64,000 nt of DNA, taken from sequence record NZ_CP017043.1. One strand, 5' to 3'. Of the stretch, positions 1 to 10,424 are shown piece by piece. Both the position numbers and the translations under genes were made by a program. The DNA comes from a plasmid. Under the pieces are notes generated by a model, which saw only the letters and a list, made by a program, of their open reading frames with translations, did no database searches and was not told the origin of the DNA. Each line of letters opens with the position of its first letter. The first letter of the stretch is position 1.

Positions 1-556
1 CGTTGCCATCAGAGAAGGGATGAATGTTCTCAAACTTCGCATGGAAGTATGCAGCGGCCGTAAAGATATGCTCGTTCGTACGAATAACATCCTGACGGAT
101 CTCCTCGAGTAAATCCTCAAGCTCCGTCTGCACGTCCTCGGGGGCGCTGCCGACCTCATAGCGTCCAGTGACATAATCATGTTTTTTGAATGTCCCCGGC
201 CGTTCACCGACCTGCCACCGCCGCGCATCATAGGTATTCTTTGTCAGCTCATAATGGAGCTGCAGGATAAACTCAGGCGTCAGCGGATCTTTGCGGTCAA
301 ATGCCTCAAAAAGAAGATTGCTGGCGTCTTTGGCGTTGCGTATCTCAAAGATTGTCCGAACATCTCCCGTGAAATTCGTGACCCCATCGCGGTCAAAGAT
401 TTCACGCGTATCATTGTAGGTGATATTCGGATTTTCAATCTTCCCAGAGTGATAGGCAAATTGAATGATATAGCCATTGAGCGCTGCCTCGAGTTCGGCA
501 GCGTTTTTGATGTCCAGATTCTGCCATGCAGAAAGAATCTCCCTGTGTTTATCCAT
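1..556 (-). CDS. Fic/DOC family protein, partial; the 3' end runs off the window start
   Basis: Own translation of the minus strand from the ATG at 556-554 gives MDKHREILSAWQNLDIKNAAELEAALNGYIIQFAYH...AAYFHAKFENIHPFSDGN. It ends in the Fic core motif HPFxDGN(GR) at the window edge. It is absent from the ORF track because no stop codon lies inside the window. Confidence 0.7.
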   Translation of the reverse strand, partial: MDKHREILSAWQNLDIKNAAELEAALNGYIIQFAYHSGKIENPNITYNDTREIFDRDGVTNFTGDVRTIFEIRNAKDASNLLFEAFDRKDPLTPEFILQLHYELTKNTYDARRWQVGERPGTFKKHDYVTGRYEVGSAPEDVQTELEDLLEEIRQDVIRTNEHIFTAAAYFHAKFENIHPFSDGN

Positions 557-600
557 ACCGTATACCTCATAGCATCATCTTCTCAGGACATTATACCACA

Positions 601-798
601 TTATTTGCGGGAAAAACGGTTTTTGACACCATCATAAAACCGATCCAGCCGTCTTTCTAGGCGCGGATCCTCCTCTGTGAAGATCATGGTATAGTCTTTT
701 CCCTTGTCTTTTTTGGCGAGAGCCGCAATAAAAAGCCCGATCCCTATGCCAAATACAACGCAAAGAACCCATGACAGCATGATTATCCCTCCTCTCAT
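601..798 (-). CDS. small membrane protein (65 aa)
   Basis: ORF track. One strongly hydrophobic segment (LSWVLCVVFGIGIGLFIAALA). The start overlaps the upstream giant gene by 4 nt. Confidence 0.4.
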   Translation of the reverse strand: MRGGIIMLSWVLCVVFGIGIGLFIAALAKKDKGKDYTMIFTEEDPRLERRLDRFYDGVKNRFSRK

Positions 799-3700
799 CG
801 AGACGCTGCTTCGGTTTGCTTTTCTTCGAGGTCTTTGGTCACGAGCTGATCTTCTTGTTTGTTCTGTTCCTCAATCAGCAGATTCACCTCGTTGTACCGC
901 AATGTCTTCTCCTGGAACTCGGCTTCCTTCGGGAAGGGCTTCCCGAGTCCCTCTTCACAGTCTTTGACTTCCTGCCGCAGCCGCTCCACCTCGGCTTCTG
1001 CCAGGGGGAGCCGGCCAAAGACGGTACGCGGTGCATTTTCCAGGCGTGCTGCGTTTTCCTCCGGCGTTGTGGCGCCGATGCGGAAGGTATTTGTAGTCAT
1101 ACCTGAGAATACGACCTCGATGTGATGATTTTCGTTCTGCACGACAGAAATTTTCATGCCGCAATACGTCCCGCGCGGTGTCTCCTTGAGTTTTCCGTCA
1201 TAGATTGCACGCGCGCAATCGGCCAACACTTCCCCGATCTCCTTCGGCGTATTGTACGCAACGCCTTGGAGGACGAAGGTCTTGTCATCTTGGTGCTGCT
1301 CAATCGTTTCAATATCTTTTTGCACATTTTTCAGATAGCACTCAGCACTCTTGATAAACGACGGAAGCCCGACATTCAGGCGATGGTTAAGCTTGGACTG
1401 ATCCTCCATATATTGTGCGCGCTCCGCACCAAGCTTTTGCAGCGCATTCCGAAGCTCGAACTGCTCCTTATAAAGCGGATTCCCCGTACAGGCCGCTTTC
1501 AGCTGCGCATAGGTCATCGTAAATTCGTCCACATCCTCCGCTTCGCGTACGGGCGTCCGATTCGTCATGACCTGCGAGATGAAGCGCTGCTTCGTCTCGT
1601 TCGTTTGCCACATGTAGGAATCGAAGGTCGCATCCGTCACATAACGGAAGACCTTGACCTTCTCATTCTCGTTCCCACGCCTGACGATACGGCCGAAGCG
1701 CTGCTCGATCTGGCTGGGCTTCCATGGGCAGTCCAGGTCATGCGAGGCAATGAGCTTATCCTGGATGTTTGTTCCGACGCCCAGCTTATCCGAAGACCCT
1801 AAGAGGACGCGAACCTCCCCTTTCCGGACGCGCGTGAACAGTGCCTCTTTCTTTTCCGGTGTGTCATAGTCATGAATAAAGGCAATCTGCTCTTTCGGTA
1901 CGCCTTTCTCCACGAGTTTTTCCCGAATATCGGCATATACCGTGAACGATGCTTTCGGGTTCGGCGTGGATTGGTCGCAGAAGATTACCTGAGTAGACTG
2001 CTTGTCCGAGGTCTCTTCATAAATCTTATACACGTTATTGACGCAAAGGTTGACCTTACCGTCCGGATTATCCGGGTAGCTTGGATCAATGATGCGGGGA
2101 TCCAGCGCGGCAGATTGTCCCTCCTTCACGACAACAAGCATATTATCCATGCCTTTACCGGTGGACTTATCTGCATCCGCACGCAGCTGAATCGGTTTGC
2201 GCTGCCGAATGAGTTTGGCGCGCTCGGCCAGCCGATCAACAATATCCTTCTGCAGCTGCGACGCCTCTGCCTTTACGATCTCAATTTCATACTCTGGGAC
2301 AGGCAGTTTCAAGCTGTCTGCGGTTTTCACATCCGCAAACTCCTTGAACATGCTCATGAGTTCCGGGATGTTGTTGAATCTTGCAAATCGCGTCTTGGCG
2401 CGGAACCCTTTTCCGGCCGGGTCGATTTCCATCGTTGTCGTTTCCTGACCGAACGCGCTCGCCCACGCATCGAAGTGGTAAAGTCCCTGCTTCTCCAGAC
2501 GGCTGGGGCGAAGATAACGCTGCATTGTGTAAAGTTCTGCCATGGAGTTTGAGAGCGGTGTCCCCGTCGCGAAGACAACGCCGCGCTCATTTGTGACCTC
2601 ATTCAAATATTGAATCTTTGCCAGCAGATCCGTGGATTTTTCTGCGCCCGCAGAGTTGAGCCCCTGAATTTTCGTCGTAAAGGACAAATTCTTGTAAAAA
2701 TGCGCTTCATCAACGTACAGGCGGTCGATACCAAGCTGCTCAAACGTAATGGTCGCGTCTTGACGGCTTTGATACGCCTCCATAATCGCCTCGTACTGCT
2801 TTGTCAGCTTCTTGATCTGCTTCTCCATCTGTTTGACGGAGAATCCTCTGCCCTCCTTCGCTATTCTCATAGCCTCGAGAGAGTCTGTCAGCTCCTGTAT
2901 CTCGCGCTTTAGGAATTGCTCCTGCCGTTCGAGCGACAGCGGGATCTTCCCGAACTGTTCATAGCTCATGATAACGGCATCCCAGTCCTGTCCCGTGATC
3001 TTTGCACAGAACTCTGCCCGCTTGTCCTTCTGGAAATCCTTGGGCGTTGCAACGAGGATCTTCGCGTTCGGATAAAGCCGCAGAAACTCTGCCCCGAACT
3101 GTTCCGTCAGATGCCCCGGCATAATCATGAGCGACTTTTTGCAGAGTCCGATCCGCTTTGATTCCATCGCCGACGCCTGCATTTCAAAGGTCTTGCCGGC
3201 GCCGACAACATGAGCAAGAAGGGTATTGCCACCATATAGCGTATGTGCAACAGCGTCCTTTTGATGCTTCTTCAGCTGAATTTCCGGATTCATCCCCGGA
3301 AAGCTGAGGCGGGATCCATCAAACTCACGCGGCACAATATTGTTGAAATGTCTGTTGTAGTAACTCACCAGACGATTTTTGCGCTCTTCATCCCGGTACA
3401 CCCATTTCAAGAACTCATCTCGCAGATTGTCCATCTTCTGCGCAACAAGAAGAGACGCATCCTCAATCACCACGCCTTTGTCGTTCCGTATGCGGATCTG
3501 CCGATGATTAAGCGCAGCCTCGAGAATGGCCAAGGCGTTTGCATCTTTCGTCCCAAAGGTCGAATACATCTTGACCTTATTCGACCGATGAGTATCCATC
3601 TTGCTCTCTACCTTCCACTCTCCTGTGGAGGCTGCATACTGGACGAGTCTATTTGTTCCGCGATATTCCAGCACGTCCTTGATAAATTGTTCAATATCCT

Positions 3701-6700
3701 CCGTCGGGATCCATGTTGCTCCCAGGTTGATTTTGATCTCATCGGCAGTCAGATCCTTCGGTTTCACCTTCTCCAAAGCTGCAAGATTTTTATTCGCGCG
3801 ATGAATCTCACTGTGCAGATAGGAAACGAGCGGATTGCCGCCTCCGTTTTTCACCGCATCAATTTTCTCGTCATACGTCTGCAAGTGCTCCTGCAGGGCA
3901 GACGCCAATCTTTCCGGCTCCAGCACCTCTGGATGCGCCCCGCTCTCATAATCCGAAAACGTCTTGAAGAGAAAGCCCATCGTCTTGGTGTCAACTGTTC
4001 CATTTGTGACCTGCCACGCGTCAATCCCCAATGCCGTGATAGTATCCGAGAAGATGCGGTGTGCTTCGTTGATCTCAAAATTGAACATGACATTGTTGCG
4101 CAAACACTCCAGATAAAACAGCGGATCGTGCAGGGCAGCAGTCATTTCGGGCGCAGACTTCTCCAGAAAGTCGAAATACCTTATTTGTAACTCATCAGAA
4201 GAATGATCCATGGCATAATAAAATGCCCCTCTGTTTTCTTCCAAAAACAGATCTTTCTTCTGTTCATTCGAAAGTAATCTAATGCCGTTCCATACGGTCA
4301 GTTTTTCAGTGGATATATTGCTGCATGACCTCTGCCGCTGAAACAGTTTCGGAACAGGAAATACCTGCTCTTCTGCAATCCCCTGCATTTCTTGCTGCCA
4401 TTTTTGAATCTGTCGCTCCAAGTTCTCCATGCGTGCACGAACATCACCGGACAGATATTCGTCTGCCGGAAGGTACGAATTTGTTTCCATGTCTTCAAAG
4501 ATGCTGGTGTACTCCAGATCCTCAACGACCTCTTCGGCAGACAATCCTGTGAGTTTGGCCATGTAAGGAATATCAACACGCCCTTTTTCCTGCATGGAGA
4601 TCATCAATGCCTCACCCGGCGTATCTGCATGATCCGGCGGGGTATAAGCATGGATGGTGCGCTTGGAGAATATATCGGATTTCCCGACAAATTCTCCGTT
4701 CTCAACAATTTCCAGAGAGAGCAGCAATGGATAGGATGCGTCCTTGGAAAAGTTTTGCCGAAGCTTGTTATCCTCATAAATACGCCCGTATTTTTTCATA
4801 TATTCGTCATAGAGCTCATTCAGCGTCGCTTGATATTGTGTCAGTTCTGTGTCGCTGCAATCACGCAGCTCGGCATCATACATTGCCCAGATCTGGTCGC
4901 GAATCTGTATGGCCAAAAGGATCTTTTGTTCCGTCTTTTTGTCGAAGGCCACCGTCTCGATTGTCCCCTGCGGCGTGTAATATACGAGGGTTCCATTCTG
5001 CTCGTAGAGACCAAAAGGCTGATTATGTGACGGCGCCTCGACTTCCTGCGGAATGGGAAGCGCATCCGGGAGCGGCTGATATGAATTGGCCGGAATGGAC
5101 GCAAGAACCGCACTCAGCTCATCTGCCAGGGCTTTGCCGCTGTGTCCTTCAACGTAAGGCTCTATCCCAAATGCCATATTACGCATGGAGAGCGTTCCGA
5201 GTATGTCGGACGGATGCTCTATGAAGTAGCGATTCAGATGATAGCCATCTTCGATGCGCTTGCTGCCGTCAAAGTGAACTACTTCCTGCCAATCAGCATT
5301 CACCCATGCGGGCAGTTCAGCATCCGGTGCAAGCTCCTTTTCCCGTTTCCGGAAAATCAGGAGATCGGAAAGGACATTCGTGCCCGCAGCTTCAAACAGC
5401 TGGTTCGGCAGCCGGACGGCACGAATCAGTTCGCCCTTTTGAGCAAGCTCTCTCCGGAGCGAATCATCCTTCTTGTCCATTGTGCCGTGACTTGTGATCG
5501 CAACGACAAGACCGCCCGGCCGGACTTGATCCATCATCTTCTTCAAGAAATAGTCGTGAACAAAATAATTCCTGTCATAGTTGGAATCCGTGATGATATA
5601 GTTTCCGAACGGAACATTGGAAATCGCTAGATCAAAGGAGTTCTGCGGGAAACGTATGCGCTCGAACCCCTTATTCAGTATAGTTGCGCCATCGGCTGCA
5701 TATTGTGCAACCTTTGCCGTGAGCATATCGAGCTCGACGCCGACCCTGCGGCTCTGCTCTTTCATGCTGCTCGGCATATGGTGTAGGAAGCGGCCTGTTC
5801 CGGTCGATGGATCAAGTATGGTTCCCTGCTGAAATCCAGCTTGTTCAAGGCCGCTGTAAATTGCCTGGACAATCTCCGGCGGCGTATAAAACGCATCCAA
5901 TGTGGAGGCACGCGCGGACATATACTCAGGCTCCGTCATGATTTCTTTCGCCTGTTGGTGTTCGCTGTGCCAAGCTGTATTGCGTGCGTCAAACGCCTCA
6001 GAGAGGCCGCCGAATCCTGAATAGGCACGCAGAACTTCCAGCTCCCCTTCATTGGGGAGGTTTCCCGTGCGATCCAGATGATTGGCAATCTGCACGGCTG
6101 CGAGATTTCGCTGAAATACAGCGCGCTTCCCTGCTGTCGTGGACATATCGGCAGAAAGATCCAGTGTAGAAAGATCTACCTCCGCAAATTCTGCGTCAAT
6201 GATGGGAGGCGCGTCCGTCTCGGCATGATCTTCCGCTGCCGGTAGATCAATCGTCTGCGGGTCGATTATCTCAGCTTCGTAAACCGGCCGCACGGTTTCG
6301 GAATCTGTGGCCGCCTCGTCCGCTTCAACAGGAGCCGCTGCAGGTTCTGCATCCGCTTCTGCCGCTGTATCCTCATGCTCGTCTGTCAACGTCTCCGCAC
6401 GGTCCAATACAGGCTCAGGAGCCGCAGTATTTATCCATGAACTCAAAATATCATCGTAGGAGCGCCCGGACAGCTCTGTAAGCTGCACGAATAAATTTTC
6501 CCGCATATCGCTGGAATCAATGCCGGCATACTCATAGAGGGCGCTGCCCATGGGAAGCGCATCCGAAAGCTCCTGGAACGTAATATCCTTCAGATAATTC
6601 CCGCTCGAATCATCGGAATATTTTTCCAAATACCACTCCTTGATTGAGGAATTCATGGATAAAGCAGGTTTTTCTGCCTCAACCGAATCAGTCCCTGGAG

Positions 6701-8006
6701 CAGATTCCTCTAGGGCATTCACGGCAGCCTCTGATTTTTCCGCTGGATGAAGCTCCTGTGCTGCTGCGGGAGTGGCATACGTCGCAGCCAGCTCATAGTA
6801 GGCTCGCCCGATCAGAGCGTTCTGCGCCTCCGACGAAAGCGTCTCTGCAGACATGAGTGCACGCACGAAAGAAAGGTACATTTCACGGGATTGTACGCCC
6901 GTAATATGACCTTCATTTCGTGCAGTTTGAACGTCTTCGAAGAATTTGTTTGCAGATTCCTCCTGCAAAACATCAGGAATGCGGATCGAAAATTCGTCTA
7001 CACGAACGCTTCCTGGGGCTCCGGCATGATCTCCGCCGCCAGGCGTTCCCGCACCTCGGCGAGAACGCTGTTGTAGCTCTGAATCCACTGCATCACGTCG
7101 CGCTTCTTGAGGTCTTCCGTCACGCCGTCCCGCTTGCAGATCGCTGCTGTCAGCGCCTCCGACTGTTCGAACATCATGTCCTCGTAGTCTCTCAGATACT
7201 GATCCAGCGTCCCTGCGTCCAGCATCCGCTTCCACTCCTCCGGCTGGGTTCTGTGCAAATAATCCCGCCTCATGTCGCCCCAAATCCCATAGAGAGATTT
7301 CAGGATCACTTCTTCGGTCATTTGAATCTGCCTCCTTCTGCTTTGCAGCATTTGCTCTGTTCGCCGCAGTAATTGCATTGCCGAGCGAATCCAGAATCGT
7401 ACGCGAAACCTGATTGACCTCTCCCAGAACCACCGCAATATGGACATCTTGCGGAATAGAAAGCTCCGCCGGAAAGGTGTTTTGATTGGAAAGCCCCAGC
7501 CGCGACCGCACAACATATTCTACGCTCGCCGTTAAAAAATCAGCATGCTCCGAGTTCTGCGCCGCGGCAAGCTCTGCGGCCTTCGCTCGGATTGCCTCAT
7601 CCAGCGATCCGTCGCTCCCAAGCGTGCGCAGCACAAGTGCTTCGTGTGCAGGGGTAAACTGCCATGGAATCCCTTGTACCGCTGCATCCCCGTTTTGAAA
7701 AGCAATCGTATCCCGAATGTCATAGACATATCGAACGGTGTACTGATCATCGGGCTCCGATACCAGGAGCGGGATCGCGGCAGCACCATCACGCAATGTT
7801 GTTCGGAAAGAGTTTCGCCAAACATGATCCGGAGCAACGGCGCTTGCCTCAGCTGAGGCACGGTAATGCAGATTGATCTGCTCCATGATGGAATACTTAT
7901 GGAATTTGGCGATGGTATCAAGAAAAGCCCTATATTCTTGGGTACTATTGCTGACCTTAGTGAGATGGTCTCTTATTTCGAGCTGCAGCTGTTCTTTCTC
8001 TTCCAT
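795..8006 (-). CDS. giant fusion protein (2403 aa): N6-adenine DNA methyltransferase plus SNF2/DEAD-like helicase
   Basis: Methyltransferase motif I (ILDPSTGTGRFL) and motif IV (ISNVPFGNY, NPPF-like). Helicase motif I (LLAHVVGAGKTFEM), motif II (LYVDEAHFYKN), motif III (FATGTPLSNSMAELY) and motif VI (GSSDKLGVGTNIQDK). An RG/RD-rich low-complexity linker lies near aa 250-330. A GGAGG RBS precedes the ATG. Confidence 0.85.
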   Translation of the reverse strand: MEEKEQLQLEIRDHLTKVSNSTQEYRAFLDTIAKFHKYSIMEQINLHYRASAEASAVAPDHVWRNSFRTTLRDGAAAIPLLVSEPDDQYTVRYVYDIRDTIAFQNGDAAVQGIPWQFTPAHEALVLRTLGSDGSLDEAIRAKAAELAAAQNSEHADFLTASVEYVVRSRLGLSNQNTFPAELSIPQDVHIAVVLGEVNQVSRTILDSLGNAITAANRANAAKQKEADSNDRRSDPEISLWDLGRHEAGLFAQNPAGGVEADAGRRDAGSVSERLRGHDVRTVGGADSSDLQAGRRDGRPQEARRDAVDSELQQRSRRGAGTPGGGDHAGAPGSVRVDEFSIRIPDVLQEESANKFFEDVQTARNEGHITGVQSREMYLSFVRALMSAETLSSEAQNALIGRAYYELAATYATPAAAQELHPAEKSEAAVNALEESAPGTDSVEAEKPALSMNSSIKEWYLEKYSDDSSGNYLKDITFQELSDALPMGSALYEYAGIDSSDMRENLFVQLTELSGRSYDDILSSWINTAAPEPVLDRAETLTDEHEDTAAEADAEPAAAPVEADEAATDSETVRPVYEAEIIDPQTIDLPAAEDHAETDAPPIIDAEFAEVDLSTLDLSADMSTTAGKRAVFQRNLAAVQIANHLDRTGNLPNEGELEVLRAYSGFGGLSEAFDARNTAWHSEHQQAKEIMTEPEYMSARASTLDAFYTPPEIVQAIYSGLEQAGFQQGTILDPSTGTGRFLHHMPSSMKEQSRRVGVELDMLTAKVAQYAADGATILNKGFERIRFPQNSFDLAISNVPFGNYIITDSNYDRNYFVHDYFLKKMMDQVRPGGLVVAITSHGTMDKKDDSLRRELAQKGELIRAVRLPNQLFEAAGTNVLSDLLIFRKREKELAPDAELPAWVNADWQEVVHFDGSKRIEDGYHLNRYFIEHPSDILGTLSMRNMAFGIEPYVEGHSGKALADELSAVLASIPANSYQPLPDALPIPQEVEAPSHNQPFGLYEQNGTLVYYTPQGTIETVAFDKKTEQKILLAIQIRDQIWAMYDAELRDCSDTELTQYQATLNELYDEYMKKYGRIYEDNKLRQNFSKDASYPLLLSLEIVENGEFVGKSDIFSKRTIHAYTPPDHADTPGEALMISMQEKGRVDIPYMAKLTGLSAEEVVEDLEYTSIFEDMETNSYLPADEYLSGDVRARMENLERQIQKWQQEMQGIAEEQVFPVPKLFQRQRSCSNISTEKLTVWNGIRLLSNEQKKDLFLEENRGAFYYAMDHSSDELQIRYFDFLEKSAPEMTAALHDPLFYLECLRNNVMFNFEINEAHRIFSDTITALGIDAWQVTNGTVDTKTMGFLFKTFSDYESGAHPEVLEPERLASALQEHLQTYDEKIDAVKNGGGNPLVSYLHSEIHRANKNLAALEKVKPKDLTADEIKINLGATWIPTEDIEQFIKDVLEYRGTNRLVQYAASTGEWKVESKMDTHRSNKVKMYSTFGTKDANALAILEAALNHRQIRIRNDKGVVIEDASLLVAQKMDNLRDEFLKWVYRDEERKNRLVSYYNRHFNNIVPREFDGSRLSFPGMNPEIQLKKHQKDAVAHTLYGGNTLLAHVVGAGKTFEMQASAMESKRIGLCKKSLMIMPGHLTEQFGAEFLRLYPNAKILVATPKDFQKDKRAEFCAKITGQDWDAVIMSYEQFGKIPLSLERQEQFLKREIQELTDSLEAMRIAKEGRGFSVKQMEKQIKKLTKQYEAIMEAYQSRQDATITFEQLGIDRLYVDEAHFYKNLSFTTKIQGLNSAGAEKSTDLLAKIQYLNEVTNERGVVFATGTPLSNSMAELYTMQRYLRPSRLEKQGLYHFDAWASAFGQETTTMEIDPAGKGFRAKTRFARFNNIPELMSMFKEFADVKTADSLKLPVPEYEIEIVKAEASQLQKDIVDRLAERAKLIRQRKPIQLRADADKSTGKGMDNMLVVVKEGQSAALDPRIIDPSYPDNPDGKVNLCVNNVYKIYEETSDKQSTQVIFCDQSTPNPKASFTVYADIREKLVEKGVPKEQIAFIHDYDTPEKKEALFTRVRKGEVRVLLGSSDKLGVGTNIQDKLIASHDLDCPWKPSQIEQRFGRIVRRGNENEKVKVFRYVTDATFDSYMWQTNETKQRFISQVMTNRTPVREAEDVDEFTMTYAQLKAACTGNPLYKEQFELRNALQKLGAERAQYMEDQSKLNHRLNVGLPSFIKSAECYLKNVQKDIETIEQHQDDKTFVLQGVAYNTPKEIGEVLADCARAIYDGKLKETPRGTYCGMKISVVQNENHHIEVVFSGMTTNTFRIGATTPEENAARLENAPRTVFGRLPLAEAEVERLRQEVKDCEEGLGKPFPKEAEFQEKTLRYNEVNLLIEEQNKQEDQLVTKDLEEKQTEAASR

Positions 8007-8018
8007 GCTATTGCCTCC

Positions 8019-8044
8019 TATGAGAGCGTTATACCGCTCTCATA
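8019..8044. promoter_or_regulatory. perfect 10-bp inverted repeat abutting the RBS of the giant methyltransferase-helicase gene
   Basis: tatgagagcg-ttatac-cgctctcata lies directly 5' of the GGAGG RBS on the minus-strand mRNA. Operator-like. Confidence 0.4.
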
Positions 8045-8404
8045 GTAGCCCAAAAACACGGCTGCAAAATCCTATGATTTCACAGTGAGAAACATTTCTC
8101 AAGGTCATTATAGCATTCTGCTTTCGTAAGTGCAACTATATTTAGTTACACAAATAAATAAAAAGAAAGGAACAGTAATTTCTCAGGGTTATCATTTTCT
8201 TTTCGCTCCGCGTTGCTTCATTCGCTGCACGCTCATTCCCGCGCTGCTCCGCTCTCAAGAAAAACATAACCTTCTGCTCATTCACTGTTCCCAAGATTTA
8301 TGGCTTTCGCAGAATGCGTCATCCGTCACACGTTCCGGACAGCGCATACTGCTACCGCCTCCCCGCCCGCCTCCTCATGGGGCGTTGCCCCCTGCACCCC
8401 CGAT

Positions 8405-10093
8405 TCAAGCAGAGGTATCACTCGTTTTATTTGTTGTCCGTTGCCGCACAATGCTCTGCTCTTGTGCTGCCCTCTTCTCCCGTTCTTCCTTTTCGGCCTT
8501 CTGAACGACGTAGGAGCCATAAGGGGTATTCGGATGATCCCGATCCCAATTCTGTGGCTTATACCGGGAGAGCATTGGCGATAGGTTTCTTGATTCTACG
8601 CCGTCATTCAGGAGCGCCTTTACAATCTTAGTGTCCATCGTGATGTTATACGGGAGCCGGATGCGCCCTTCCATCTTACGTCGTTGGTATTGGTACTCTG
8701 CTTCGAAGTCTTCTCGCATCTCGGTACGAGGTATCACAACATAGCGGCTCAGTTTTTCATTTTCTCTTACAAGCTCCTGGTCTGCAAGCTTCTGGATATA
8801 TGCGAAATAATCCGCGCCGCCGAATATTTGATTGGGCGAATGATTCATCATTGCCTCCCTGATCTGATCCGGCGTATACTGGCCGCCCAGCACAAGCTCT
8901 TTCATGGCCGCAATGTCCATGTCCGGATTCACAAAGTCTTTCTCTATGTACTGACGGTGCATTGCATCCATATATGCAGCTGCGCAGGAACCTAGATCAT
9001 TCACATCAAACATCGCGATTGCATCTTCTCTTGAAAGTGCCTCCTGCGCCTGTGCCAAGATCAACGCTGCGTATTCGGTGGAATCCGGAAGTGCAGCAGC
9101 AATCGCCAGAGCGATCAGATACCGTTTCACAATATCTGTACGAACACGGCTCCGCAGCATTCTGGCCGCCGTGCGGCCGTCTGGAGAACGAGACTGTCCT
9201 TTGATATTGGTATACGCATCATCGTCTCGCTGATGCAGCCCAAGGCTCTCACACGCACAGAGGAAAGTTTCGTCAAGGTAGGTCTCTCTGCTGCGCCCGG
9301 GTTCGATATAAAGGGGAGACGCCTGAGCAATGGACTTTCGGAGAATCGGCTGCACCTGCTCCTTGAGTAAAAACATCATACGCGCTGGATCTTTCTGATA
9401 AGCAGTCCGCTCGTCCTGAAGACGGCGCATATAGTCCCGATAGATCGCCTCGATGATCTTCTGCTCATCGTCAATGGTGAGCACAGTTGTATTTGTCCTC
9501 TCCATATACTCCCTGGCGAATTTTCGGTAAACATCTGCTTCGCTGCTCATGACACCGCCGGCATACGCCATGATTGCAGCATAGCGATTGTGTCCATCGG
9601 ACAGCGCAGAAAAAAGCGTCTGAAAATAGGATTCATCGGCCTTCCGCTCGTTGGCAGACTGCCGAATTACCTGATTCACAACAGCGATCGGAAAGCCGTC
9701 TTTCAAGATCATGGCCATGCCAATACGATAATCCCGCTGAAGTCCCGCAGCTTCTGATTCTGCCGCTGCGCGCCGCCGATAACTTTCCGCCGCTTCGAGA
9801 TATGTACGCGATGCACGCTCCGCCCACGCTTCATTGATGTTCTCCATGACTTTTCCGGTATAAAGCGCCATTGCGCGTACATCCGGAAGCAGTTTGGTCA
9901 TGGGCGATTTTTCGCAGATCACAGATCTCACGGCATCGACATCATATCCGCTTTCCAAAAGCCGGATTGCGGCCGTCAGATCGTTCTCGTAGTTCTCTGC
10001 CTGTTGATTGGGAAATTCGGCAGTATTCTCCTTTTTGCGCTCAACCATTGTTTGTCCGAGCACATCAAGATATGCAACTGTAATATTTTTCAT
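8405..10093 (-). CDS. hypothetical protein (about 562 aa) with internal repeated helical modules
   Basis: ORF track. The likely start is MKNITVAYL, preceded by a GAGAGAG RBS. The segments DVDAVRSVICEKSP, EDAIAMFDVNDLGS and DQIREAMMNHSPN recur. There is no catalytic motif I can name. Confidence 0.6.
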   Translation of the reverse strand: MKNITVAYLDVLGQTMVERKKENTAEFPNQQAENYENDLTAAIRLLESGYDVDAVRSVICEKSPMTKLLPDVRAMALYTGKVMENINEAWAERASRTYLEAAESYRRRAAAESEAAGLQRDYRIGMAMILKDGFPIAVVNQVIRQSANERKADESYFQTLFSALSDGHNRYAAIMAYAGGVMSSEADVYRKFAREYMERTNTTVLTIDDEQKIIEAIYRDYMRRLQDERTAYQKDPARMMFLLKEQVQPILRKSIAQASPLYIEPGRSRETYLDETFLCACESLGLHQRDDDAYTNIKGQSRSPDGRTAARMLRSRVRTDIVKRYLIALAIAAALPDSTEYAALILAQAQEALSREDAIAMFDVNDLGSCAAAYMDAMHRQYIEKDFVNPDMDIAAMKELVLGGQYTPDQIREAMMNHSPNQIFGGADYFAYIQKLADQELVRENEKLSRYVVIPRTEMREDFEAEYQYQRRKMEGRIRLPYNITMDTKIVKALLNDGVESRNLSPMLSRYKPQNWDRDHPNTPYGSYVVQKAEKEEREKRAAQEQSIVRQRTTNKTSDTSA

Positions 10094-10361
10094 TCGTTGC
10101 TCTCTCTCGTATTTCTGTGGCAGCTTGTAGCATAACGGCATGTGCGCGCCGTGTAGTTTCATCAGCAGCGCTCGAACGAGGCTTTATTCTCGGAATAGAT
10201 GCCATCGTATTTCGATAGAGGCGTTCTACTATCTTTGCATCTTTTCCCTGTGCCAAACGAATACATTCTTCTATGCGGTTGATGTGATGATAAACGAACC
10301 ACAATGCAACAATCAGCAAAAGCGCTGGCATGCTGGCAAAAAACTCGATGGAGAACGACAT
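10065..10361 (-). CDS. small membrane protein (98 aa)
   Basis: ORF track. N-terminal TM segment MPALLLIVALWFVYHHI. Confidence 0.45.
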   Translation of the reverse strand: MSFSIEFFASMPALLLIVALWFVYHHINRIEECIRLAQGKDAKIVERLYRNTMASIPRIKPRSSAADETTRRAHAVMLQAATEIRERATNEKYYSCIS

Positions 10362-10424
10362 ATAATACTCCTTTCCAGTAAAATTGCCCCTTTGGTGAAG
10401 AGGTCAAGATATGCGACAGTAATA

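Noticed and set aside
179-637. 152-aa plus-strand ORF at the window start
   Set aside because: It is antisense to a far better minus-strand reading frame that encodes a Fic-family protein ending in the HPFSDGN motif. The plus-strand product has no recognisable features.
1122-7516. Many 60-300-aa ORFs on both strands inside 795..8006 (for example 1122..1802, 1872..2552, 3243..4190, 4392..5030, 6998..7516)
   Set aside because: All are embedded in or antisense to the uninterrupted 2403-aa methyltransferase-helicase frame, which carries canonical motifs. They are shadow ORFs in GC-rich coding sequence.
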